Both the position numbers and the translations under genes were made by a program. This document shows positions 1 through 8,533 of a DNA stretch of 64,000 bases, in pieces; position 1 is the stretch's first letter, and each line of letters begins with the position of its first letter. This DNA is from a virus. The notes beneath the pieces are model-generated. The model worked only from the letters and a program-made list of their open reading frames with translations, ran no database searches and was not told the DNA's origin. The DNA is taken from positions 404 to 64,403 of the IMG/VR virus record IMGVR_UViG_3300025895_000020; one strand, written 5' to 3'.

Positions 1-1
1 G

Positions 2-1120
2 CTCGCCAACGGGCTCTCCGTGGCCGTGAGCCCCGATCAGCCCCTAGCGGTCGTCCCCTCAGAGAGCGCCCTAGGCGCCCCCTTGTGGCGCATGCAACAG
101 GCGATCAAGGCGGGTGACCGCGTGCTCATGAGCTATCGGCGCGATGACACGGAGCTGAACGGGTCGACTTTCTTCGAAGGGCTCGACTTCCGGGGCTTTT
201 CGCCGACCCGCGCCCTACTCGAAGATCCGGGCATCTGGCACTTGCTCGGGTACGCGCTCGGGAACGGCTACTTTCCCGACAAAGAGCTGCGCACGGAGTC
301 GTTCCGGGTCTTCGCGCCCACACTGCCCGATGAGCCTTTGCTCGATGGGTTCGAAGCGATGTGCGACTGCCACGAGATCCCGGCCATGCGCACCGAAGGC
401 GAGCACGCCATGCTTTCGATCTGGGACCGGGGCTTTCAGCAATGGCTGCGGGATCTGGGGTTCCGGTCGAGCGCAGAAGTGCAGACCATTCCGAACCGCT
501 TCTTCCAAGGCCCCGCGTGGATTCGCGAGGCGTTGCTCAAGGGGCTCTTCGCGAGCGCGGGGCGCTGGGATGTTTCGGACAACGCGCCCGTGCTCTACCT
601 GCATCCGCCGCAGCTCCGCCAGTCCGCACTGCGGTGCCTTTGGAGCGTGGGTATCGCGGCGCACGAAAAGCGGGGCGACTACGCGGTCCACAAGATCCGG
701 GTCTCCGATGTGGCGAGCTACATGGCGCAAGTCAATTCGCTTCGAGAAGAGCCGCGTGAGGGTAGGGGCGAGCGCGTACGCGTGGGCCTTTGGGACAAGC
801 TGCCCGTGTCCACATCGCAGACCATCGTCCGTGCGTGCATGGTGAGCCCCGCGTTCAAAGAGCTAGACCAGCTCGACCGCACGAGTCTCATCCGTACCGA
901 AGCGCAAGGCTTGGCGTTCCGCCGGCCGGTGGCCTTCAATTGGCTCAGCAAGCTCGGCTTAGAGATTCCCGACGCGCTGCACTACCACCACGCCAAAGTC
1001 GGCGTGGTGGATGCAGAGCCGATCTCGCAAGCGCTCATGTACTACGTGGAAGTAGACGATGATCCGCACATGTTCGTAGCGAACCATCTAGTGCTTGGAG
1101 ACTCACGCGCGGTGCTGTAG
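2..1120 (+). CDS. C-terminal part (5'-truncated) of a protein carrying a degenerate intein: Hint domain with inserted LAGLIDADG endonuclease-like domain
   Basis: Frame is open from base 2 (LANGLSVAVSPDQPL, block B-like). WHLLGYALGNG and EALLKGLFASAG are LAGLIDADG-like blocks. MYYVEVDDDPHMFVANHLVLGD|S is block F/G-like. Confidence 0.75.
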   Translation, partial: LANGLSVAVSPDQPLAVVPSESALGAPLWRMQQAIKAGDRVLMSYRRDDTELNGSTFFEGLDFRGFSPTRALLEDPGIWHLLGYALGNGYFPDKELRTESFRVFAPTLPDEPLLDGFEAMCDCHEIPAMRTEGEHAMLSIWDRGFQQWLRDLGFRSSAEVQTIPNRFFQGPAWIREALLKGLFASAGRWDVSDNAPVLYLHPPQLRQSALRCLWSVGIAAHEKRGDYAVHKIRVSDVASYMAQVNSLREEPREGRGERVRVGLWDKLPVSTSQTIVRACMVSPAFKELDQLDRTSLIRTEAQGLAFRRPVAFNWLSKLGLEIPDALHYHHAKVGVVDAEPISQALMYYVEVDDDPHMFVANHLVLGDSRAVL

Positions 1121-1447
1121 CTCTTTGATAATCAAGAGCTGGTCGACGACCATGTTTCGAAGCTGTTGGTTTTCCGCCTCAAGATGATTCGTCTTCGCGT
1201 ACTGCACGAGTCGCGTGCTGCGCGTACGCGATTGCTGGCGCCGCTTCTTAGGCTTCGCCGTTGGCGTAGGCGTCGCAGCGGTTTGGAGCTGCGACTTCCA
1301 CTTGTAGATCAGCGCAGAGCTGAGTTTGTACTTCTTAGCGACCGCAGTTGCGCTCGTGCGATTCGCTTCGGCGACGTACTTCTGCTTCTGTGCGGGGGTG
1401 AACTTACGACGCTTGACGTGCCGCTTGCTAGTTGCCTTTGAGGGCAT
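1103..1447 (-). CDS. Stand-alone IS3-family OrfA-like HTH protein (HTH_Tnp_1-like plus leucine zipper)
   Basis: RRKFTPAQKQKYVAEA...ATAVAKKYKLSSALIYKWKSQL HTH and LEAENQQLRNMVVDQ coiled coil. No DDE OrfB nearby. Confidence 0.7.
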   Translation of the reverse strand: MPSKATSKRHVKRRKFTPAQKQKYVAEANRTSATAVAKKYKLSSALIYKWKSQLQTAATPTPTAKPKKRRQQSRTRSTRLVQYAKTNHLEAENQQLRNMVVDQLLIIKELQHRA

Positions 1448-1488
1448 GGGGGTTCCCTTCGGGGTGGTAGGTTGTAGGACTACGGTCC

Positions 1489-1520
1489 ATCATATTCGAC
1501 GGACCGTAGACGCTTGTCAA
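1489..1520 (-). promoter_or_regulatory. Possible sigma70-like promoter with operator-like site for the HTH gene
   Basis: Minus strand TTGACA (1520-1515) and TATGAT (1494-1489), but the spacer is 20 bp (atypical). ACCGTAGACGCT at 1503-1514. Inverted repeat TACGGTCC-N12-GGACCGTA at 1481-1508. Confidence 0.4.
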
Positions 1521-1528
1521 GCCGTTCC

Positions 1529-1837
1529 TTAGTTCAAGGCAGGATCGGTCGTAGCGGGCTTGCCGCAGTTGGGGCAGTCGGGGTCTCCACAAGTCTCTTG
1601 GGGGATTAGAGAGTCGTAGTACGACATGATCCGGTTGAGCCCGTCTTCGAGTAGCGATAGCGGCACCTTCTTATCTCGGAAAATGCCCACGATCTCGTCG
1701 TCGTCATCGATCACTACCACGTCTTGCCAGAAGACCGGCGTGGGGCTCCCTTCGAGTGGCGCAGCGGGTCCGCGCGTCCAGATGATCATATGCCCTGTGA
1801 CTTTGACTCTCATGCTTACTGCCCCCATCCCGCACAC
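1529..1837 (-). CDS. Hypothetical protein with C-terminal CxxxxCxxC motif
   Basis: ORF directly downstream of the DUF6011-like gene. CGDPDCPNCG near the C-terminus. Confidence 0.55.
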   Translation of the reverse strand: MCGMGAVSMRVKVTGHMIIWTRGPAAPLEGSPTPVFWQDVVVIDDDDEIVGIFRDKKVPLSLLEDGLNRIMSYYDSLIPQETCGDPDCPNCGKPATTDPALN

Positions 1838-2337
1838 ACGGGGCCAAGCCCGCGTTCGATGCTCTCCGGCACGGTGAGCTTACGACCACATCGGCCGCAG
1901 CGCCCCTCGTGCCAAAACTCCGCGGGTGCGAAGTCTTCATCGGTGGTGAAGCGCTTCCAAAGCCAGCGGAAGGCCCGCGCGCTTGGCGCCTCTTCGGTGA
2001 TCCGGCTCTTGCGGCCGTGCACGAACTTTTCAGCGTCGAAGATCGTTCCGAGAAACGAGTAGTCGGAATCGTTGTCGGGTCCGCTCAGCAAGCCGACGAA
2101 AAAGAGTTCCTTGTTCTCTTCGACTTCCTTGCGCTTGATCTTGTACGTGAAGCGGTTGCCGGTCTCCGGGTTCAGCACGGTGAACGTCGCGTTGCCCGCG
2201 AGCGCGTACGCTTTCGCAAAAGCTGGGGTGTGAAGTCGTCCGCGCATGCTCACGGGCGCATCGTCGGGCAGCTCTTGCGCACCCATCACGTCTTCGATCG
2301 TCGGGGGGTCTACAAACTCGTCGGTGTGGTCAATCAT
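1816..2337 (-). CDS. DUF6011-like phage Zn-finger protein
   Basis: C-terminal HEGRCGRCGRKLTVPESIERGLGPVC motif. RBS GAAGGGA upstream. Promoter at 2359-2387. Confidence 0.7.
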   Translation of the reverse strand: MIDHTDEFVDPPTIEDVMGAQELPDDAPVSMRGRLHTPAFAKAYALAGNATFTVLNPETGNRFTYKIKRKEVEENKELFFVGLLSGPDNDSDYSFLGTIFDAEKFVHGRKSRITEEAPSARAFRWLWKRFTTDEDFAPAEFWHEGRCGRCGRKLTVPESIERGLGPVCAGWGQ

Positions 2338-2358
2338 GGTCTTAGTCCCTTCACCTAA

Positions 2359-2387
2359 AGAGTACGGTGCACCGTATAGAATGTCAA
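2359..2387 (-). promoter_or_regulatory. sigma70-like promoter (leftward) with operator-like sites
   Basis: Minus strand TTGACA-17 bp-TACTCT. ACCGTATAG at 2371 and 2392. Confidence 0.7.
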
Positions 2388-2419
2388 ACCGACCGTATAG
2401 CTCCGTGTTTTGCAGGGAT

Positions 2420-2448
2420 TTGTAATCGTATACGATGTATGGTATACT
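2420..2448 (+). promoter_or_regulatory. sigma70-like promoter with extended -10 and perfect palindromic operator; predicted leaderless transcript
   Basis: TTGTAA-17 bp-(TGG)TATACT. ATCGTATACGAT at 2425-2436. ATG at 2455 lies 6 nt after the -10. Confidence 0.7.
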
Positions 2449-2454
2449 TGGGGG

Positions 2455-2988
2455 ATGAAGCGCTCTCAGCTATTCGCGCGTCTTGTCGCCCGACTCCCCG
2501 ATATCGTGTTCGCGGAGTACGGGCGGAAGGACGTGTGCATTCCCGCCGCGTACCACTGCCAGGAAATCTTACGCGCCAAGGGGATACCCGCGCGCCTTGC
2601 GTGCATGGACGCCGTTGCGATGAATTGGCCTTTCGTCGAATGGGTGAACCGGCGCTTGGATGGGCACCACGATCCAATGCCGCACTACGCATGGTCGGTC
2701 GGGATCACGCACATGAACCCGGATGCGGAAGGCTACCTGAGCCACCTTGTGTGTGTGTCGAAGGGCGCGGTGATCGATTGCGCAGCCGGGGGAATGTCAC
2801 GGCCGCAGCAAGGGATGCCCGTTCCCGCTGGGCTCATCGTGAAAGGCGGCAAGTGGCACGACGACACGACGGTGGTCACGTACGAGCCGTCGCCGGAGCC
2901 TGTTCCGCCGATGTGGCGGCTCGACCCCATCGCCACGGCGCGCGTGCAAGCGCGGATCAAAAAAGAGATCCTAGAGCAAGGGAGCTGA
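2455..2988 (+). CDS. Putative transglutaminase/papain-like (Cys-His-Asp) protein
   Basis: DVCIPAAYHCQEILRAKGIPARL...SHLVC...AVIDC pattern. Start moved from 2410 to ATG 2455 to match the promoter. Confidence 0.5.
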   Translation: MKRSQLFARLVARLPDIVFAEYGRKDVCIPAAYHCQEILRAKGIPARLACMDAVAMNWPFVEWVNRRLDGHHDPMPHYAWSVGITHMNPDAEGYLSHLVCVSKGAVIDCAAGGMSRPQQGMPVPAGLIVKGGKWHDDTTVVTYEPSPEPVPPMWRLDPIATARVQARIKKEILEQGS

Positions 2989-3022
2989 TTATCCTGAGCC
3001 CGTGAGCTAACCTTGCGGGGAC

Positions 3023-3874
3023 ATGGCCGACCCTTCGAAGCTCGCGCCCCCCGCGCCCGTCGATCACTCCGATCGGACCGTCGACGTACCGCGGACCATC
3101 GGGGCCTACGATCCAAGTGAAGACTACCCCGCGAAGCAGAAGACGCGGGCTGATTTCCGGCCCCAAGAGTTCGATCGAGTCATCGGGCAGCACGGCAAGT
3201 ACGTCACGTGGCGCAAGGCCCTGCTTTGCCCGTGCGAGAACCGCGATACGGGGCAGCCCCAAGTCGATTGCGAGGACTGCGACGGCTCGGGCTACGTCTA
3301 CGTCGACAAGCACCGCATCCGCGCGCACATGGTGAGCTTCGACAAGGCCACCAAAATCTACGAGAAGTTCGGCATGTGGCTCGAAGGCAACGTGCAGATC
3401 ACCGTGCTCCCGCAGTACCGGCTCGGCTTCCGCGATTCCATCGAAATGGAAGACGCGCTCATGAGCTTCAACGAGCTACTTCGGAAGGGGAACCGGCGCG
3501 GCCGGCGGAGCAAGCTCCCAGACGGCTACGACTCCGCTCGCTACCGGATCACCACCGTGACGCGGCTGGCGTATCATTCGGGAGACTCGTTCGCGCTACT
3601 CGAATCAGGCTACCATTTCGAAGTGAGCGATGAGGGGTGGATCAAGTGGCTCGCGCCGGGGAACAACGCCGTGCCTGACGGCGAGACAATCAGCGTGCTC
3701 TACGATTTCCACCCCGTTTTCCAGATCATTAGCCACCCGCATGCGACGCGCGATGACGTGCGGGGCACCAAGGTGGCCAAAGACACGTCCTACGCACTCC
3801 CCATTCAGGCCGCGGCGCGGCTTGATTACCTCATCGATATCAACGCGGCTGCGATACCGCCGGTCACAGGATAA
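3023..3874 (+). CDS. Neck / head-tail connector protein (Herelleviridae-like, Zn-binding)
   Basis: WRKALLCPCENRDTGQPQVDCEDCDGSGYVY motif. First gene of a coupled run leading to the sheath. Confidence 0.65.
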   Translation: MADPSKLAPPAPVDHSDRTVDVPRTIGAYDPSEDYPAKQKTRADFRPQEFDRVIGQHGKYVTWRKALLCPCENRDTGQPQVDCEDCDGSGYVYVDKHRIRAHMVSFDKATKIYEKFGMWLEGNVQITVLPQYRLGFRDSIEMEDALMSFNELLRKGNRRGRRSKLPDGYDSARYRITTVTRLAYHSGDSFALLESGYHFEVSDEGWIKWLAPGNNAVPDGETISVLYDFHPVFQIISHPHATRDDVRGTKVAKDTSYALPIQAAARLDYLIDINAAAIPPVTG

Positions 3875-4677
3875 TGGCGCTCGTCAGAGTCGATCTTGCC
3901 GATGTGGTAGCCAACGTGGCGCGGGGGTTGCCACGGCTCAGCGACACCCGGCGACTCCAAATGGAGCTGGGTGCATCGGCGATGCAGTATTGGAAGCAGC
4001 TCGCCAAAACCAAGCTACTCAGCTCATCGGCTTCCTACACGTCTTCGCTCAGCCATCGGTCCACGGAGAGCCGGGAGTACATCGTGCTCACGGGCGTGCT
4101 CCCGAACATGATTGAAGGCGGGTTCAAGGGCGGCGACATGCGCGATTGGATGCTCAAGGGCGCCAAATCCAAGATGGGCAAGAACGGGCGGTATCTCACC
4201 ATCCCGTTTCGCCACGGCTCCAAAGACACGACGGGCCGCAACGTCGGGCCGGAAATGCCCAGACCCATCTACAACGCCGCCAAGAAGCTCGACGGCACCA
4301 AGAGCAAGGCGAAGCGACTCACGGGCGAGGGCGGCAAGAGCGTGCTCTACGGCAAGCGCCTTGAGCCCCACGGGCGCGGCGTGAGCAAGCAAGTCACCAA
4401 GATGCTCAACACGAAGGCCAAAGACTGGCACACCACGAGCATCTACACGGGCATGCAGCGCACCGAAAAGCAGTACGAATCGGCGAATCAGACGGGCGGT
4501 TACACGACCTTCCGGCGGATCAGTACCAACACGCGCTCAGGGATCGACCCGAAGACCGGGCAGATGCGTAAGAGCTGGCACCATCCGGGGATCAAGGCCG
4601 TCAACTTCGCGGTCAAGGTGCGGGAGCGCGTGGAACAGCTCGCGCCTATCACTTTGCGGCAGATTTTAGGGGAATAA
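3874..4677 (+). CDS. Neck / tail-completion protein (HK97 gp10-like position)
   Basis: RYLTIPFRHG motif, basic composition, and position between neck and terminator genes (TAATG coupling). Confidence 0.55.
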   Translation: MALVRVDLADVVANVARGLPRLSDTRRLQMELGASAMQYWKQLAKTKLLSSSASYTSSLSHRSTESREYIVLTGVLPNMIEGGFKGGDMRDWMLKGAKSKMGKNGRYLTIPFRHGSKDTTGRNVGPEMPRPIYNAAKKLDGTKSKAKRLTGEGGKSVLYGKRLEPHGRGVSKQVTKMLNTKAKDWHTTSIYTGMQRTEKQYESANQTGGYTTFRRISTNTRSGIDPKTGQMRKSWHHPGIKAVNFAVKVRERVEQLAPITLRQILGE

Positions 4678-5462
4678 TGGGGCGCAAAGACAAAGCGAAC
4701 ACCCGCAACCTAGGCGGCACACTCCAAAACGAAATCGAGCCCTTCTTCGAAGGGCCGCTACTCGCCAACGCGCGCACGAGCATCGTGCTCTTGGAGCGTG
4801 TGATCTTGGGTCTTTTGCGCTCCGAGGTAGACCGGCTGAAGGATAACGAGGAAGAGCTGACGCGCTTTTTCAGCCATTTTTTCGATCCCACGGCGGGCGC
4901 CGAAGAGCGCGCGCGATTCGTCACCAACTTTCAACGCGAGCCGCCGGTCACGGTCATCGGCTACCCGCGCGCAGCGGGCGACTTCCCATGCTTCGCCATT
5001 ATCCTTGAGAGCGAGGAAGAGACCGACCCCCCGATCATGGGGGACTACGTTGGGATGACGCTCGAAGGCGAGCCCGGCGAAGCGGCGGAGTACGAGGGCG
5101 GCTTCTTTCGCAACACCTACGGGATCTACATCTACGCGCAGAATTCCGATGTGGCCGTCTATCTCTACCAGTTTGCCAAGATGGTGATTTTCGGTGCAAA
5201 AACCGCGCTTCAATGTGCGGGTTTCACCGACTTGAGCTTCAGCGGCGGCGAGCTGAGCCCGCAGGAAATGTACTTGCCGGATAACATGTACGCGCGCGTC
5301 TTGCGCGTTCAGGCGACCGCGCCAATGACGGTGCCGCGCCTCGTGATCGATCCTGCAAAGGTTCGTGTCCTAGGGCTGTACATGGATGATATCGTAGTGG
5401 ACGGAATGCGCGGGGGCGTGACACCGTACGCTACAGAAGGATCTGAAAATGGCGAAAGCTAG
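4677..5462 (+). CDS. Tail terminator / completion protein
   Basis: VIGYPR...FPCFAIILESEEE pattern and position two genes before the sheath. Confidence 0.5.
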   Translation: MGRKDKANTRNLGGTLQNEIEPFFEGPLLANARTSIVLLERVILGLLRSEVDRLKDNEEELTRFFSHFFDPTAGAEERARFVTNFQREPPVTVIGYPRAAGDFPCFAIILESEEETDPPIMGDYVGMTLEGEPGEAAEYEGGFFRNTYGIYIYAQNSDVAVYLYQFAKMVIFGAKTALQCAGFTDLSFSGGELSPQEMYLPDNMYARVLRVQATAPMTVPRLVIDPAKVRVLGLYMDDIVVDGMRGGVTPYATEGSENGES

Positions 5463-5787
5463 GGGGCGCTCCGGGGGGAGCACACAGAGTTCGTCGGAAC
5501 CGCGTAAGTCGGAGCCGGCGGTAGAGGATAACGGGGCCACGCCAGAGGCCGCGCCGGAGCCCGGTTTACCGGAGCCGACGCCCGAAGAGAGCCCTTCGGC
5601 AGATAGTTTGCCGCAAGGGCTGCCAGACCGAACGCCACGCGTTACGATTCAGGCATTCGTGCGGGGGGCCAAAGATCCAATTCTACGTGCGTTCGCAGGC
5701 CAAGAGCGGCTGACACAGGCCGCTCGGAAGCTGACACGGGCTGAGTGGAAGACGGCATTCGAAGCCTTCAAAAGTGAACCTAGGTAG
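5449..5787 (+). CDS. Small hypothetical protein preceding sheath
   Basis: Overlaps the upstream stop. Pro/Glu-rich N-terminus and helical C-terminus. Confidence 0.6.
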   Translation: MAKARGRSGGSTQSSSEPRKSEPAVEDNGATPEAAPEPGLPEPTPEESPSADSLPQGLPDRTPRVTIQAFVRGAKDPILRAFAGQERLTQAARKLTRAEWKTAFEAFKSEPR

Positions 5788-5801
5788 GGGGTAAGGGGTA
5801 C

Positions 5802-8072
5802 ATGGCTACTGCAATCTTTTTCAACGGGCGGCGAATTAACGTCCCGCAGGTCGTCAGCAAAGTCGACGCAAGCGCGCTGAGCAGTGTCAGCCCGTCCGCA
5901 GTCGGAATCGTCGCGCTGATCGGCACTGCCGAAGGTGGCGTTCCGTTGACCGTCGACGAGTCGGATTCCGACATGACACGGGCTGGCCAGGTCTTCGACC
6001 GCTACCGCACGGGAGACCTGAAAACCGCGTCGCTTTTCGCGTTCGAACCGTCCAGCGATGACGCCGTGCCCAACGGCGCGCAGAAGATCGTTGCCGTGAA
6101 AGTCAATCCCGCCACGCAGAGCACTGCGACCCTGCAAGACGGAACACCCGCCGGGGCCGTGGATCTCACGAGCCGCGACTACGGGCTGTTCACGGAGCAG
6201 ATCAATATCACGATCGAAGCCGGCACGAATCAGGGCAAAAAGCTCACCGTCGTCTTCGAGGATGAGAGCGAAGTCTTCGATGACGTGGGCGGCGATGCCG
6301 TGTTCACCGCGGGTTACGCGGCGGGCTCAGACGGCTACGACACGATCACAGGGCAAGTCACGGCGACGGAGTTCCTTGCTGCGGCCACCAAAGACGAGTT
6401 GGGGCTCTCCGCAGAGCGCACCGCCGATATCCCGGCACCGGGCGTGCTCGATGTGGCCAGCGACAATGTAGGCGACACGACTCAGACGATCACCGTCTAC
6501 GGGCTCGACGCGTCGGATGTGCCCATCAAAGAGAGCATTGCACTGAACGGCACCACGAACGTCACGGGCTCCGTGAGCTTCACCAAGGTGCTCGGGTGCG
6601 TGCTCGATGGGGTCGCTCTTGGCACCGTCACAGTCAGCGACTCGCCGATCACCGCCACGCTGTTCGCGCTCGCGACCACCGTGCTTACGCGCGGCGTCGT
6701 GCTCACCACCAATACGCCCGTCAACGGCGTGGTCACGGTGACCATCGATACGGACGACGCGACCGATTGCGTGATTCGAGGCACCAACGCTTCGGGCATC
6801 GAAATCGCAGAGCGCATCGATCTGACGGCCGCGAACACGTTGCCGGTTGTCGGCACCGTGGTGTTCGCCAAGATCACGCAAATCGAGCTGGGGGATACCG
6901 CCTTGGTGCGTACCGTCTCGATTAGCTGCAACGCAGAAGCCACGAAGCACAGCACGTTCGCAACCGTGTCGAAGCTCGTAGACCGGCTCAACACACTCGA
7001 TGGATTCACTGCCGCAGCACTTGTGCGGAACCCGACCACCTTTCTCATGACCGACATGGATAACGGGGCGGCAGTGAACCTTTTGGCGGTGACGGCCGAC
7101 TTCGATGGGGATCTCTTCAAGATCGTCGATAAGCTCAACACGGAAAGTGCCTACGTCAGCGCCGCACGCGCGACGGGCGCCGCCGGAGCGCCGGCAGACA
7201 CCGCAAGCCCGATCTACCTCACGGGCGGGATCGAAGGCGTCACGACGATCAGTCAGTGGCAAGCCGCCTTCGAACTTCTTCGCAAGCGGCGGGTGACCAC
7301 CATCGTGCCGCTCACTCAAGACCCCGCAGTGCACAACCTCTTGCTCTCCCATCTGGTCGAGCGAGCGGGCCGACTCCGCAGCGAGGCGAACGGCTACGCA
7401 GGGCTCGGCACCACGGACGGCGAGGGCGAGACTCGGGCCAATATCAAGTCGCAGATTCAGGTCGTTCAGAGCCGGCATATCAGTGCCATCGGCGAAGAGT
7501 GTCAGCGCTTCGACCCAGAGACCGGCGTTGCTACTTGGTATCCGCCGTACATCTACTCAGCAATCGCGGCTGGCATGCAGGCGGGAAGCCCCATCGGCGA
7601 GCCGATGACGCGCAAGCGCCCCAATGTCACGGACACCCGCAATGACAGCTCGTGGAGCGTCGAAAACGACGTGGAAGAGCTGATCGACGCAGGGCTCATG
7701 ATGAGTGAAAAGGTCGACGGCGTTGGCATCCGCTGGGTCCGTTCGATCACCACGCACTTGGCAGACGATAACGTCGTCTTCACGGAAATGAGCGCGAACG
7801 AAGCGGCCAACACGGCCATCTTCGAGTTGCGCCGAACACTCGAATTGAAGATCGGTCAACGGGGGTTGGCGGGTTCAGCGGCGGCTATCAAAGGGCTGGC
7901 CAACGATGAGCTTGGTAGGCTCATCGATGACGAGATCATCGTGGCGTACCGGGCACTGCAAGTAGAGCAGATCGGCGACGTGTTCCCGGTCTCGGTCGAG
8001 ATTGCGCCGGTACTTCCGATCAACTTCATTCCGATTACCGTCCATCTCGTGGCGGTACGGGCAGCGGCATAA
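5802..8072 (+). CDS. Contractile tail sheath protein
   Basis: N-terminal VSKVDASAL...VALIGTAEGG and C-terminal sheath signature (ELIDAGL...VRSITT...EMSANEA...VEIAPVLPINFIPITV). Strong RBS. Confidence 0.92.
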   Translation: MATAIFFNGRRINVPQVVSKVDASALSSVSPSAVGIVALIGTAEGGVPLTVDESDSDMTRAGQVFDRYRTGDLKTASLFAFEPSSDDAVPNGAQKIVAVKVNPATQSTATLQDGTPAGAVDLTSRDYGLFTEQINITIEAGTNQGKKLTVVFEDESEVFDDVGGDAVFTAGYAAGSDGYDTITGQVTATEFLAAATKDELGLSAERTADIPAPGVLDVASDNVGDTTQTITVYGLDASDVPIKESIALNGTTNVTGSVSFTKVLGCVLDGVALGTVTVSDSPITATLFALATTVLTRGVVLTTNTPVNGVVTVTIDTDDATDCVIRGTNASGIEIAERIDLTAANTLPVVGTVVFAKITQIELGDTALVRTVSISCNAEATKHSTFATVSKLVDRLNTLDGFTAAALVRNPTTFLMTDMDNGAAVNLLAVTADFDGDLFKIVDKLNTESAYVSAARATGAAGAPADTASPIYLTGGIEGVTTISQWQAAFELLRKRRVTTIVPLTQDPAVHNLLLSHLVERAGRLRSEANGYAGLGTTDGEGETRANIKSQIQVVQSRHISAIGEECQRFDPETGVATWYPPYIYSAIAAGMQAGSPIGEPMTRKRPNVTDTRNDSSWSVENDVEELIDAGLMMSEKVDGVGIRWVRSITTHLADDNVVFTEMSANEAANTAIFELRRTLELKIGQRGLAGSAAAIKGLANDELGRLIDDEIIVAYRALQVEQIGDVFPVSVEIAPVLPINFIPITVHLVAVRAAA

Positions 8073-8086
8073 GGTAGGGGGCATCA

Positions 8087-8521
8087 ATGGCCGGTAGAGG
8101 ATTGGTTCTTTCAGGCGCGAGAGCGCGACTCATGATCGAGGGTGTGAAGGTCATGTACGCGACGAACGTCTCGTACTCGGAAGAAATTCGCCATGACGCC
8201 ATCGAAGTGCTCGACCAATTCGATGTGGCCGAACATGTGCCAGTGTCGTACAATGTAACCTTCAGCGCACAGATGGTTCGGGTCGTGACGAATCCCATCA
8301 AACTCCGCGATGGCGTGGTGATTCAGCCCCGGCTCGAAGACATTCTTTCGGCCCCTGAGTTGACGTGTTCCATCGAGGACCGCGCGACGGGGAACGTGAT
8401 TGCGAACATCGAGCGCGTGAAGGCGACTCGCTACACGCAGAACACGGGTGCGCGCGGGATCGTGTTGAACGACGTGGAGTTCGTAGCGATCAGAATCCGC
8501 GACGAATCCGAGATCGCGTAG
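8087..8521 (+). CDS. Tail tube protein
   Basis: 144 aa beta-rich protein immediately after the sheath, with RBS AGGGGG. Confidence 0.8.
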   Translation: MAGRGLVLSGARARLMIEGVKVMYATNVSYSEEIRHDAIEVLDQFDVAEHVPVSYNVTFSAQMVRVVTNPIKLRDGVVIQPRLEDILSAPELTCSIEDRATGNVIANIERVKATRYTQNTGARGIVLNDVEFVAIRIRDESEIA

Positions 8522-8533
8522 TAGAAGGGGGAC

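Noticed and set aside
1103-1447. Active insertion sequence
   Set aside because: No DDE transposase, terminal inverted repeats or target duplication were detected.
6327-7478. Long antisense or alternate-frame ORFs (also 16263-17423, 37382-38989, 40085-41014, 46324-47394 and many others)
   Set aside because: These are shadows of well-supported genes in GC-rich DNA, with Arg/Ala/His-rich, motif-less translations.
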